Shown: one piece after another, positions 12,881 through 24,260 of the stretch
Numbering within the stretch: the stretch's first letter is position 1
Layout of the letters: each line of letters starts with the position of its first letter
Source of the DNA: Callorhinchus milii
Lineage: Eukaryota
Reading direction: 5' to 3'
Length of the DNA stretch: 64,000 bases
NCBI RefSeq assembly: GCF_018977255.1
Contig: NW_024704743.1
Span: forward strand, 50,780,001 to 50,844,000
Made by a program: the position numbers and the translations under genes
The notes under the pieces: model-generated
Database searches by the model: none
What the model saw: the letters and a program-made list of their open reading frames with translations, nothing else
What the model was told of the DNA's origin: nothing

Positions 12881-13944
12881 CTGAACTTGAAGTATTGCAA
12901 TATTGATGTCTGAATCCCATCTTCTCCCTTACAATCCTTTTAATCTCAAACACAAAAGAGAGCACTAAATCATAATGGATAACATTTGTCTCCAAATGAT
13001 GAATTGAAAATATCTGTTAAAATCCACTGTATAGGAGATTGTCATCATTTTAAATTATGTTGTAAATTGGCATTTATAATCCATACATTTCACATTTTTC
13101 ATTATCTGTTCCTGGCTTTCTCATTTATTTCTACACAAGTGACTCAGAAACATCTGCTACTGATCGACACCCAGCCAAATAATACTGTGATCTTGTGGTC
13201 TGAAACCAGGGAGATGACTCTGAAGATACCCTGGTAACCAATACGCTCTGAGGAGAGTGCAAAGAAAGAGAAAGAGCAAAGAAAGTTAAACAAAAACACA
13301 TTAAAAAGGTTCTATCCCTATTAATTTACATCATGACTCCCTCACAAACAAATGTTTGGTTCCATGATAATCAAACAGGTATCTTACACAAGGAAAAGGA
13401 TTTACTTTAGCTGCTTTTTTGATCTAAACTTTCCAGTCGTGAATCTAAACAAATTAACCACAGGAGCAGGCAGAGCACACGGGAGTCTCATCAGCAGAAC
13501 ATTTTGAACATAAATTCTTGTATGCGTCATGCCAGTCAGCAAAATAGTAGCCTTGGACCTGAGAACAAGACAAACGTTGTTCTTGATGCTATGTCAGAAC
13601 CACAAAAGGAGGAAAATTAGGCAAGAGGAATTTTAAATAGAGGTTCCCTTTCAGGCTAAAGAAGGATTACCAGTCCAGTTTATACTCCAGGACATAATTC
13701 TCCTCTGTTAGCTAAATAAGGCAAAATTGGTGGTGTGTGCGGCGCGATTTTGCTCCATTTACCAAATTTAATGAATCTGTGTCCAAATTAGTTTGTAACT
13801 TTGATTTTATTTATGACTGAAAATATTAGTGATTATTATTTCATGTGCACAGCAACAAGTTCACTTTGTGAATGGAGTAGAATAGGCGGAAGTGCTGAGA
13901 TTTGTAGATTCTGATTCCAGCAAGCAATCGAGAGGTTAGATAAT

Positions 13945-14251
13945 AGATGACCCTCTGGTAGCGGGTCCTTTACATAATCTTAAATTCTGAATTAAGACAG
14001 TAAGAACTAGGTCAGGAAGCTTTTCTTCATACAGAGGGTTGTGAAGATCTGGAATGTTCTGGCCCACAAAGCTGAAGAAGCAAATAGGGATGTTTAAAAA
14101 GATAGATAGGCAGAGACTTGGGTCATGGATGTATGAAAAGATATGATGAAAGGGTGGAGCATTGAGGTTAAAAATCTGCTAAAATTGAATAACCTGGTAG
14201 AACATGTCTGATGGGCTGAATGAACTCCTCCGTTCCTGATTTCTATGTTCT
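13945..14251 (+). mobile_element. CR1 3' fragment
   Basis: ttcttcatacagagggttgtgaagatctggaatg (FFxQRVV..WN) and tgggctgaatg...ctatgttct end. Confidence 0.75.
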
Positions 14252-14394
14252 CACAACCTCAAGATGACATGTTCAATTCTGACCAATTGTTGGAACACAA
14301 TGATCGACCTTACCAACTGTTGAAATCCTTTGCATTTATTTTTATAAATAGAGTTGTAGATGATTGACATTCTTTATAGTTTTGTGGAACATTA

Positions 14395-14690
14395 CAGATT
14401 CTGGAAGGTGACATGAATGAGGGTTTTGGCTTTGTTGGGTGCGAGGTATGGTTGGAGGCAGGCAATATGACCGAGGTGGAAGAAAGCAGTTCTGGTCAGG
14501 GACCGGATGTGGGGCAAGGTGAACAGTTGAGGATCGAACCTGATGCCTGGGTTTGGTAAATCTGAGGGATAGGCTGGGGAGGTTGAGGAGCAATTGCAGA
14601 AAGTTTGTGCTCATCCAAACCTTGATATCTGACAAGCAAGTGGGCAGATAATCAGCAGAATTGGAGTCACAGCTGAAGAAGGAGACGAGA
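14395..14690 (-). mobile_element. L2 RT-region fragment
   Basis: ORF text SDIKVWMSTNFLQL, a typical L2 post-YADD motif. Confidence 0.7.
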
Positions 14691-14936
14691 GTTAATTATT
14701 TACATATCTCTAAACACCAAGTACCACATCAGTAACACTAAAAGTTAAATCAAATTATCCTACAGGTAATAGATGTTTACAAAAAGCTACCATGTCAATC
14801 ATCTGCAACTCTATTTATAATTGAAATGGTTCTAACAAAAATGATCAACAGCTAAGTTAGTGCATTGTCCAGAAATGAGACACATAGGTTAAAGGTGGCT
14901 ACGTTGGGGTGAAAATTTACAAAAAGATTTACTCTT

Positions 14937-14990
14937 ACCTAACAAAAATCTATCCACCTCAGTCTTGAGGTGGATAGATTTTTGTTAGGT
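14937..14990. repeat. Perfect hairpin, 25-bp arms, 4-nt loop
   Basis: acctaacaaaaatctatccacctca-gtct-tgaggtggatagatttttgttaggt. Confidence 0.95.
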
Positions 14991-15120
14991 CAGGGTATCA
15001 AAGGATATGGAACAAAGGTGGGTATTTGGAGTTGAGGTAACATCAGCCATGATCTAATTGAATGGCGGAATACGGTTGAGCGGCTGAATAGCCTAATCCT
15101 GTTTTATGTTTCTATGTTTC
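14962..15120 (+). mobile_element. CR1 3' end, 5' truncated
   Basis: gatagatttttg..gatatgg..cagccatgatctaattgaatggcgg..ggctgaatagcct..(tatgtttc)2. Confidence 0.85.
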
Positions 15121-15244
15121 AGTCGCAACAGTAGAGAAACCAAAGTACGTCTTGAAATATCTTCATATCAATCTATATCTGGTTCTAATCTCCAGTCCCA
15201 ATTAGATACTTATACAACTCACTTTTTCAAACAAAGTAATAAAC

Positions 15245-15936
15245 TAGCTCAGTGGTTAGAGCACTCGCCTCACAAGCGAGAGACCTGGTTTCGATTCCTG
15301 GCAGGGTGAAACGTTGGGCAAGTTTCCTTACTCCACATGCCTCTGTTTACCTATCAGTAAGTAGGAACCTGATTGTTAATCGATTGGTGGATTGCTTTTC
15401 TGGAGGTAATAATTCTTTCAAAAAAAATAATAATAATTTGGTCACTTAATCCACAACTGTTTGTGGAACATTGCTGTGCACAATTGGTTGCCGCGTTTCG
15501 CCCACAAAATATACAGTTTATTCACTTTGTGGAGTCCTGTAGCTCAGTGGTTAGAGCACTCGCTTTGCAAGCGAGAGACCTGAGTTCAATTCCAGGCAGG
15601 GCGAAACCTTGGGCAGGTTTCCTTACTCCACACGCCTAATAATAATCCCTCCAAAACCCCAAAGAATAATAAATTGGTCATTTTCAATCTACGACTGTTT
15701 GTGGGACATTGCTGTGCGCAATTGGCTGCCAGGTTCGCCCATAAATATACAGTCAATTCACTTTACAGTGTATTCTGTGAAGCGCTTTGGGACGTCCTCC
15801 CGACGTGAAAAGCGCTATATCAAATGCAAGGATTATTTATTATTATTATTATTTACAAAATATTCTGTGAAGTGCTTTGAGACGTCTCAAAGATGTGATA
15901 AGGTGCTATATCAAATGCAAGGACTATTATTATTAT
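15245..15936 (+). mobile_element. tRNA-derived SINE, long variant, split by a nested copy
   Basis: Head at 15245 and about 70-nt central insert; sequence stops at 15528 and resumes at 15852. Confidence 0.9.
15529..15851 (+). mobile_element. tRNA(Ala-TGC)-derived SINE, short variant, near-intact
   Basis: A box tagctcagtgg, anticodon arm ctcgc-tttgcaa-gcgag, B box gttcaattcc, L2-like 3' stem-loop, (att)n tail. Confidence 0.95.
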
Positions 15937-17663
15937 AAATAGGTTTATGACCGACAGCAGGAAACATTTCTATATGCAGACTGTAATCAGTTCAATTTAC
16001 ATTTAGATAGCACCTTTTATATCTCAAAGGGCTTGAATCAACAACTGATATGTGTCTTGCTACTCAATTTTCTTATCTCCAGAGAAACAAGTTAACAGAA
16101 CTATTAAATTAGTGCTGATTTTGATGAATAATGCAGCAATGAATGTTTTAAAAGCAGTCAATTTCTTCAGCTGGCCCAAGTGAAAATTGTCATAGACTTT
16201 TACATACTATGCTCGTCTTCTGCTGCATGGAGATAGATATCTGTTGTACTCCTTAGACATTATTATCAATGAGACTTTGGAACAAAATATGAAAAAAATG
16301 AAAAGGAAACATTTCCTATTTATTGCTTCCCATTTATTGCATATGCAATCATTTTACATTCATCTTGATTTCATTTGCAACTCAACCTTTCGCCATCGAA
16401 TATACTGTACAGTTTTTGCTGTGACTGTACTATGTAGATTTTGCATTGATTGTATTTACTGGTCAGTGTTTGTACTGTTTTATACTGTGTAGTTTTGCAT
16501 TGTTCATACTGTTCATTTTTTACACTGTGCAGTTTTTAAATTATTTGTATTGTACCGAGTGTATAGTTTGCACTGCACAGTTTGCCTGAAGCAAAGATTT
16601 TGCAATCATTAGTTTTTGTGTCTGCTGCCACTTGGGAGTGTATTTTGCAGCATGTAAAAGACTGATGTATTCATTGGTACCACAGTTATTTAAACTCAGT
16701 GATTTAAATCAAAACCCTCTGTTTATTTCAGTTAGCTTTTTTTTCCGTCAAGCTATTTCCCACAGTAACTCATAACTTTATAGGTAATTGTGCACAGACA
16801 GTTAGATAGGACATAGTGATCTTAGAAATATGAAATATTGAGCGAATCTCTTTGCAGATTAATTTACCACGTTGTTTCACTCTGAAAGGTATATTTGTCA
16901 TTAGTACATTGCTAAATCCCATTAGCAGAGAGCTGACATCTTATTCATAGAAAGCCTCCACATTTGTTGAGCTAGCTGAATGAATGAGAAACAGTGCCGC
17001 ATGAGTTCCTAAAGAGATGGCCCACATAAAGGATACCACACGGATCGTGGGTAGATTTCCATTGTTCCCATGGCTGTGGTTGATATGGTTACCAGTGGTC
17101 TGAAATGGTCAGGAGGCCTCAATGCAGATTTTTTAGCATTGACTATTATGGGTCGTAGGGTTTGAATGGGGCCAATGAAGGGGATTGATTTTGATTCAAT
17201 TTCTTAGTTATGAGAGCATATCTCCACACTTTGTTTTCACACATTCAGCTTTATTTCAGCTGCTTGTTGTTTGTGTGGGTGATTTTCTTAAGTCTTTCAT
17301 TCCTAAAATCTGTTTTCAGGGTATTTTATTTGAGTCTATGGCAATTTGAATAGAGAAGAGTAACAGTGCCAATATAATACAGTGGCTGGTTATCTTGTAA
17401 ACTCAGCTGGTCACAAATGATTTTGTGAATTTTTTTTCTAAAATATCCACTGTTGCTTTTACGCTACTCCAAAAACAATTAGCCCCAACTATATTCTGAC
17501 CACTGATTTTATTCATCGAGCAAAAGAGGCTGGCATCTTACAAATCAAGCAACACTGATAGCTTGCATTTATATAGCACCCTTCATATAAGACAACGTCT
17601 TGGAGTTCTTTGCAGTGGCAGGGTTGGACGCTGAGCAAATCGCAATGCGAATAACTAGGACAG

Positions 17664-18051
17664 TAATAATAATAATCCTTACATTTGATATAGCACCTTA
17701 TCATGTCTTTGACACTTCACAAAGCACTTCACAGTATACACTGTAAAGTGAATTGACTGTATATTTTGTGGGCGTAACACGGCAGATAATTGCGCACAGC
17801 AGTGTCCCACAAACAATTGTGGATCAAGTGACCAAATTATTTATTTATTATTATTATTTTTGAAGGGATTATTACCCCCAGAAATGCAATCCGCCAATCG
17901 ACTAACAACTAGGTTCCTACTTACTGCTAGGTAAACAGAGGCATGTGTGGAGTAAGGAAACTTGCCTAAGATTTTGGCCTGCCTGGGAATGGAACCCAGG
18001 TCCTCTCATTTGCAAAGGAAGTGCTCTAACCACTGAGCTACATGACTCCAC
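17664..18051 (-). mobile_element. tRNA-derived SINE, long variant
   Basis: Contains the gcctctgtttacctagcagtaagtaggaacc central insert. Confidence 0.9.
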
Positions 18052-18106
18052 TAATGATATAATTGGTCATTACCTTCACAGATGTTTGTGAGATATTGTT
18101 ATGTGC

Positions 18107-18240
18107 AATGGAATGTGCACTCTCTCCCTGGAGGGAGGCATCCTGCTTCCCTAATTCTGGAAAGTATTAGGCTCAGGTTGGCAAGAGCCAAGGCTTGGGG
18201 ACCCCAGAGTGTGCAATGGGGGTACTGCTCGAGTCTAACC
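18107..18240 (-). repeat. Fragment of an unclassified dispersed repeat
   Basis: Reverse complement aligns to about 41486-41620. Confidence 0.8.
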
Positions 18241-18839
18241 AGCTAAAACCACATGAATTGACTAAAACCATGAATTGACTGCAGTGTTCCTCTACAAATA
18301 CATAGTCACTACAATTTACAGTATTATATCATGAAGTGCTCTAAGACATCCAATGTGAAAGGAGCTGTATTAAACGTCAGGATTACTGTTTATTATATTT
18401 TACAACTGCAGTTCCTGCCTCACAATGTAATCCATGTATGGATTCTTAGGTCTAAAACACAATATTCACAACAGGAGTTACTATTGAACCAGAAGTGAGT
18501 CACACTAACTGGGGGGACCAACATTGTCACCCAATCTGCCTGTGGAGCAGAGATCCTGCAGCTCCAAGTGACCTACTTCTGATTACTACTTGCATCTGCT
18601 CTGGATTTCATCTTTTAGTCTTCGCTATATTGATTAGAAGCTCCTGTAACACGTTTGGACTGTGTGATTGCTGCTTCTCCCCCCAGTACAGCAACTCCCA
18701 TTGTACTAGAGGAGCAGGGAGAAGCAAGTTGTTGGCTCCAAGAAGATGATGGGAAGTCTGGAGGTCAGTCAGAGTTACAGTATCTAGTGCTCGGCCAATG
18801 GAACAATCCATGCTGCCCTACTGAAGGGAAATCTGTGCA

Positions 18840-19133
18840 CTGAGTTCAATTCCAGGCAGGGCGAAACCTTGGGCAAGTTTCCTTACTCCACACGCCTAAT
18901 AATAATCCCTCCAAAACAAAAAACAATAATAAAATTGGTCATTTTCAATCTACGACTGTTTGTGGGACATTGCTGTGCGCAATTGGCTGCTGCGCGCAAT
19001 TGGCTGCTGCGTTCGCCCACAAATATACAGTCAATTCACTTTACAGTGTGTTCTGTGAAGCGCTTTGGGATGTCCTCCCGACGTGAAAAGCGCTATATCA
19101 AATGCAAGGATTATTATTATTATTTATTATTAT
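18840..19133 (+). mobile_element. tRNA-derived SINE, short variant, 5' truncated, with a 17-bp internal tandem duplication
   Basis: Starts at the B box; gcgcaattggctgctgc occurs twice at 18977-19010. Confidence 0.95.
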
Positions 19134-21107
19134 AATCCTTAGGAGGAGCCTATAGAGTGTATAAGAAGTATTCCCACCTCAGGGACAAGGAGTCTGGAGA
19201 GGAACAGGTAAGGAAGCTAATGTTTCTTTCTGTAATGCCTTCGACACACACTTTATCTGATCTGTTGGTGTTGGGCACAAATAAAGTCAACTTGTTCATT
19301 CATCAGCTTTGGTTGTTGCTAACCACATCTTCCACATGCACACATGCACACACACTGCTGCCCGCTGCAGTATTTTAAATGATTGTTTGTGAACTAAGCT
19401 GTCAATAAATCTAAAATATTCTGGGTGGTATCCATGGCACATTGTAAATTAATTCCTGAAATCAGAACTAAATAATAAACAAAGTTGGCCTTTATCTCTA
19501 TTTATGGTTTAAACAGTTGTCCTCCCTCCTACCCAATCACATTAGTATCTATTACAGCCCAGAGGATGGCAAGTTCAGGGTTACAGCTGAATACAATGGC
19601 TAGCCATTTTTATGAATGGTGAGTGTGAAAATCATTAGGAAAAAAGCTGATCAGTGTCTTAATAATAATTGCAGCTAGTTTGATCTGAACCCGTTGAAGT
19701 TTGTAGTATTTTATGATGGAAGAGGAGATTAAACAGATTAATGCCGAAGGCTGTGACTCATGCCTTAATCAGCTTCCAGTCACTTATTGCAGTAGAAAAC
19801 ATAGTGGGCCATTCATTGGAACCATATTATTGGCTTTAGTGCCAACATTTTTGTTATCATTTCAAGTAAAGTTAATGTGGATCTAAACAGCATTGGGAAA
19901 GGGACCTTTTCAGACCTCTCTCAATCTTGAATGATGAGTGGGAGAAACCACACATAGTCCCAGACCAGGGAGGGAGGTTATTGAAAAGCAGCAAAGATAA
20001 GGAAAGACACATTAAAGTAACACATCAAGGTTATGACAATCCAGCTAGGCTCACCAATCTTTAATTGCAGCAATTGTGCTTGTTAGAAGAGAAAGAGAGC
20101 CAGCTGTACACGCAACACACAAATACACACAAAACTGACACATGCCTTTTGGCAATAGCAAAATGTCTGCATGATTCCTGACACAAAGAACTACAAAGTT
20201 CTATTGAGCTGTTGGAAGTAGAAATTCCAGCAGAAGCCTCTATTTATTTTCAGGCTGTCTTTAACTTTATTTATTTGTGGTCTATCCCCTTCCCCACTCT
20301 CTCATTTTCCAAGCGATTTGGTGAGCAAGCAGATTTCCCAAACAGTCTGTAATTTCAGGAGATGCTTTATATTACTTTGGTTGACTTAAGAATATCTAGT
20401 TGAGAGCATGTGGCTATCAGAGAGCTATGGGACTCAGTGAACCTCAAGGTAAGTAACATGCTCTCTCCAGTTGCAATGGGATATGGTAATAAACCATGGC
20501 GTCCCCCTGCTCAGCTTCCTTACCAGTTCATGCTTGATTTACTGGCTCGGTCAGCCACGTGGGTGACACAGAATAGTGCACATTTCTGACTCACAGTTCT
20601 AAGTTTTATTGCAATCCCTCGGGTCAGCTATATCTATATGTACTGACCACCTCAGAATTCCTGCACACCAGCCAGCTGTGGAACCTTGTGCTTTACGTTC
20701 AGATAACTAAGGGATGTCAACTCCTCAATTGGCTGGGACAAAACCGTCAATTTTCACCTTTTCAAGTGGAAAATACACATTGTATCTTTAACTTAAAATG
20801 TATTTGGTTTCCAGGTGCTACCCTGATGTCTGATGATTCTTGTATCAATGGTAAGGTTCATAAAGTGAATGGTTGTGTGTTTCAAAACTAAAATACAAGT
20901 GTGAAAAATGCTGTATATGAAGTGACACTTAACGCCAGTGGTAATGTGTACTAGACCCAAAATTCCACCTAGAGATAGTCTATCAGACCATTTTGTCTTA
21001 TGATTTAATATTCACAGAATGTTAGACATTTCTTAAGCTCTGTCTTAAATGGAAGCTGGTTTTATTTTTAAGAAGTGCAGGAAAGTAGTAGGTCAGGATT
21101 GCAATGC

Positions 21108-21432
21108 ATAATAATAATAAAAATAATAATCCTTGGATTTGATATAGCGCTTTTCACGTCGGAAGGACGTCCCAAAGCGCTTCACAGAAGACACTGTAAA
21201 GTGAATCGACTGTATATTTGTGAGCGAACGCGGCAGCCAATTGCGCACAGCAATGTCCCACAAACAGTCGTAGATTGAAAATGACGAATTTATTTTTTGG
21301 GGGGTTTTGGAGGGATTATTATTAGGTGTGTGGAGTAAGGAAACTTGCCCAAGGTTTCGCCCTGCCTGGAATTGAACTCGGGTCTCTCGCTTGTAAAGCG
21401 AGTGCTCTAACCACTGAGCTACAGGACTCCAC
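21108..21432 (-). mobile_element. tRNA-derived SINE, short variant
   Basis: Full-length family match. Confidence 0.95.
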
Positions 21433-21479
21433 GAGAAAAGGACAGGACAGAAAATGACATTTAGTGAGATTTGGCCAAT

Positions 21480-21700
21480 TCATAGAATTACATGAATTAC
21501 CTAGACTGTTACATTATGGAAACAGGCCATTTGGCCCAATTAGTTGGTGGCAGTATCCACTCCTCCAAATCCTCTCTTCTATCCACATCCCTCTAATTCC
21601 CTTTGCCCTCAATTCAATAACAGATTGTCATTTGTCAAACCACTTTGTGGTTAGTGCACCAACTGATGTGTGCTGTTGGGTAGGTCTTGTGAATGGTTCT
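21480..21700 (-). mobile_element. CR1 3' end, decayed
   Basis: catagaa...ggaaacaggccatttggccca is the reverse complement of a CR1 terminus. Confidence 0.6.
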
Positions 21701-21774
21701 TATCAAATATAATCTGTTGGCCTATTGAACTTTTGTTCTCTTGCAACTTTTTTTTCTTTGTCTTTACTGTTCTT

Positions 21775-22020
21775 GGGATGTAAATGAAGCTGGCATTGAC
21801 TGCATGTGCCAAATTGTTCTGAGAAGGTGGTGGTGGGGCCTTCTCCTTTAAACCGCTGCAGTCCTTGTGCTGATGGTGTCCTCACAATGGTTTTGGATGG
21901 TGAGTTCCAGGACTTTGATCAAACAATGATGAAAGAACTGTGATATATGTCCAAGTTATCACGGTGAATCACTCGAAAGGGAACCTGGAAGGTACTGTTC
22001 CCATGATATCGCTGTTCTGC
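21775..22020 (-). mobile_element. LINE 3' end resembling the shark HER1-type element
   Basis: tgagaaggtggtggtg..aaccgctgcagtcc..gagttccaggactttga..gttcccatg, recognised from memory of shark LINE ends. Confidence 0.6.
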
Positions 22021-22399
22021 GTTTAGTAAGCAAATCAAGTGGTTCCACTTTTGCTCCACATTCAAGTGTAGGTTTTTGCTCACTTCATAGTGACCGCTAA
22101 TCCTCATTCACCATCTGAATTAGGATTACAATCCAAACTTTACCTTAATCAAAGGAGGAACAATTCTAGTAGATTCTAAGATGTTTTCTCCATAATTACT
22201 CAAGAATTTTAGTGTTAAATTGAAAATGCATTGGTATTCTGGAAGGATGAGATCAATTAGCCATCAGATCTTATATCTTTTGCTGCTCCTGTGCTGGGGT
22301 TGCCACCTTCTGGAAGAGAATTAAACAACCACGAATGGAACTCCATACATCACAGTGCTGGGTACACAGGGATTATTAATTATTACTGAGCGTATCCAG

Positions 22400-22600
22400 T
22401 CAATACAATGTCGCTATCAAGAAAGCTAATCAAATACTAGGGTATATCTCAAGGTGTAATATAATTTGAAAGATTTTCTTTAAACCTTTTGTAAATCACT
22501 GGTGAGGCCACGTGTATTAGATCGTGGTCAGTTTGGGATATATCCTTTTGCTTCATGAGGATATTGATACCTTGAAGAGAGTTCAGAGATCATCTTATTG
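22400..22600 (+). mobile_element. CR1 ORF2 fragment
   Basis: KKANQILGYI and K-SLVRP..QF..DIDTLKRVQR-like translation. Confidence 0.7.
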
Positions 22601-22733
22601 AATGGCATGGGTGACATTATGGTTTAATGTTTCAGACAATGCATTATCATTTGATCCCAAAAATGTACCTGTAACTTGTAACATTGCACGCTGCAAACTT
22701 AACATAACATTTTGATATGAGTCAATATGATAT

Positions 22734-23043
22734 GAAGTTCCTGTAGCTCAGTGGTTAGAGCACTCGCCTTTCAAGCGAGAGACTTGGTTTTGATTCCTGG
22801 CAGGGCGAAACCTTGGGCAAGTTTCCTTACTCCACACGTTTAATAATAATCCCTCAAGAAAAAAAATAATGAATTGGTCCCTTCAATCCACGACTGTTTG
22901 CTGTGCCCCACAATTGGCTGTTACGTTTCACCCACAAATATACAGTCAATTCACTTTACAGCATATTCTGTGAACCGCTTTGAGACATCTAGAAGATGTT
23001 AAAAGCGCTATATCAAATGCAAGGATTATTATTATTATATTAT
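22734..23043 (+). mobile_element. tRNA-derived SINE, short variant
   Basis: Family match with (att)n tail. Confidence 0.9.
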
Positions 23044-23191
23044 AATAACAAACATTTGTTTACACTGACAAGAAGATCTGCTGATTCTGCTCAATGCTTA
23101 TACCCATCGCTGATATGTACTTTTTCATATAAAAAGGAGAGGTTTTGCTTGCTGTTCTAACAAAATATGGGGAAGTGAACTGTGCATGATG

Positions 23192-24070
23192 AATATTTTC
23201 AAGAAAATGTCCAATAAAGTGGGTGATTTTACTTGTAAAGGTCAGGTCCCACAGGCTGTAAACGCTTCTGCATTTTGAGACTTGAAATCCTTCAAAGATT
23301 GACCACATTGTTTTCCAAATGCACTTTGTGTGAAACACTGTAACTCAAACTTGACTGTAGTACACCTGCAGTTATGTATCTGGAAATCATCTGGGCTTAG
23401 ACAGGAAAGAAGTTTTTAATTCTAAATCTTTCTTTAAACGATAAAAGTAGGAAACAATGAGACAGATTCCCAAGTGAATACAAATCTTGCAGGTGAACAC
23501 GGGAAACTATAGAATGAAAGAACAAAGCCAGCAGCTGTATGGATTCTGCAGGTTGTGTCGCTTTAATTATTGTACCAGACTGTAATAAAAATATTTAGGT
23601 TACAAAAGAGCACGTTCAATAATTTCTGGACCCACATTCGGACAAATTACAGGATTCACATGGAAAATTAAGGTCTGCTGTGGAGACTTTGGCAAGGAAT
23701 TCCAGTCCCAAACAGCTGGCGCAATGTGAGGTGGTTGGAGAGAAATGAAAACTTCACCCTTGACTGGATATGTTGTATTTATTAGGAGGCCACTCCCTCA
23801 ATCCCTTCTCACTGACTATGCTAATGACATGTTATATTGATTTATTAAACCTTCAGCCTTTGAAGATTTAAACAGCATCTCTTTTTATCACTGAAACAGG
23901 GTACACCTGAAGTTTGAGTTACAATTTTTCACACAAACGCATCTGGAAAACTATGTGGTCCATCTTTAAAGGGTTTCAAGTGTCAAAATGCGGAAGTGTT
24001 TACAGCCTGTGGGACTTGTACATTTACAAGTAAAATCGCCCACTTGAGTGGACATTTTGTTGAAAATATT
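23192..24070. mobile_element. Long imperfect inverted repeat (about 160-bp arms at 23192-23352 and 23909-24070), probable non-autonomous DNA transposon
   Basis: For example gattttacttgtaaa..gtcccacaggctgtaaac pairs with gtttacagcctgtgggac..tttacaagtaaaatc. Confidence 0.75.
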
Positions 24071-24241
24071 TACATTTGCCACTTTAATAACTGAAAATAG
24101 TCCATCTGAACTGCACTAAAGTGGATTGCACGCTCTGCCAGGGAAAGGTAGGAAGATTAAACTCATCTGCAAAGCAACCCATGTAAGGTTTGCGGGATTT
24201 TTAAACACATTCCTAACCCTTTTCCAGGAACGGGTGTAAGA

Positions 24242-24260
24242 CCACCAGTAGGTGGTGCCC
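24242..24260 (+). promoter_or_regulatory. Candidate CTCF motif
   Basis: ccagtaggtggtgcc resembles the CTCF core consensus; motif match only. Confidence 0.45.

Noticed and set aside
15529..15605. tRNA-Ala(TGC)-like sequence as a tRNA gene
   Set aside because: It is the head of a multicopy SINE, followed by SINE body and tail, with an imperfect acceptor stem
18869..19135. Recurring ORF MGKFPYST...KCKDYYY (also at 15609, 44899, 52194) as a peptide gene family
   Set aside because: It is a translation of the SINE body with a non-ATG start, and other copies are frameshifted
20359..20448. Plus-strand exon candidate (tttcag ... aag|gtaagt)
   Set aside because: Stop codons in all three frames and no supporting neighbouring exons
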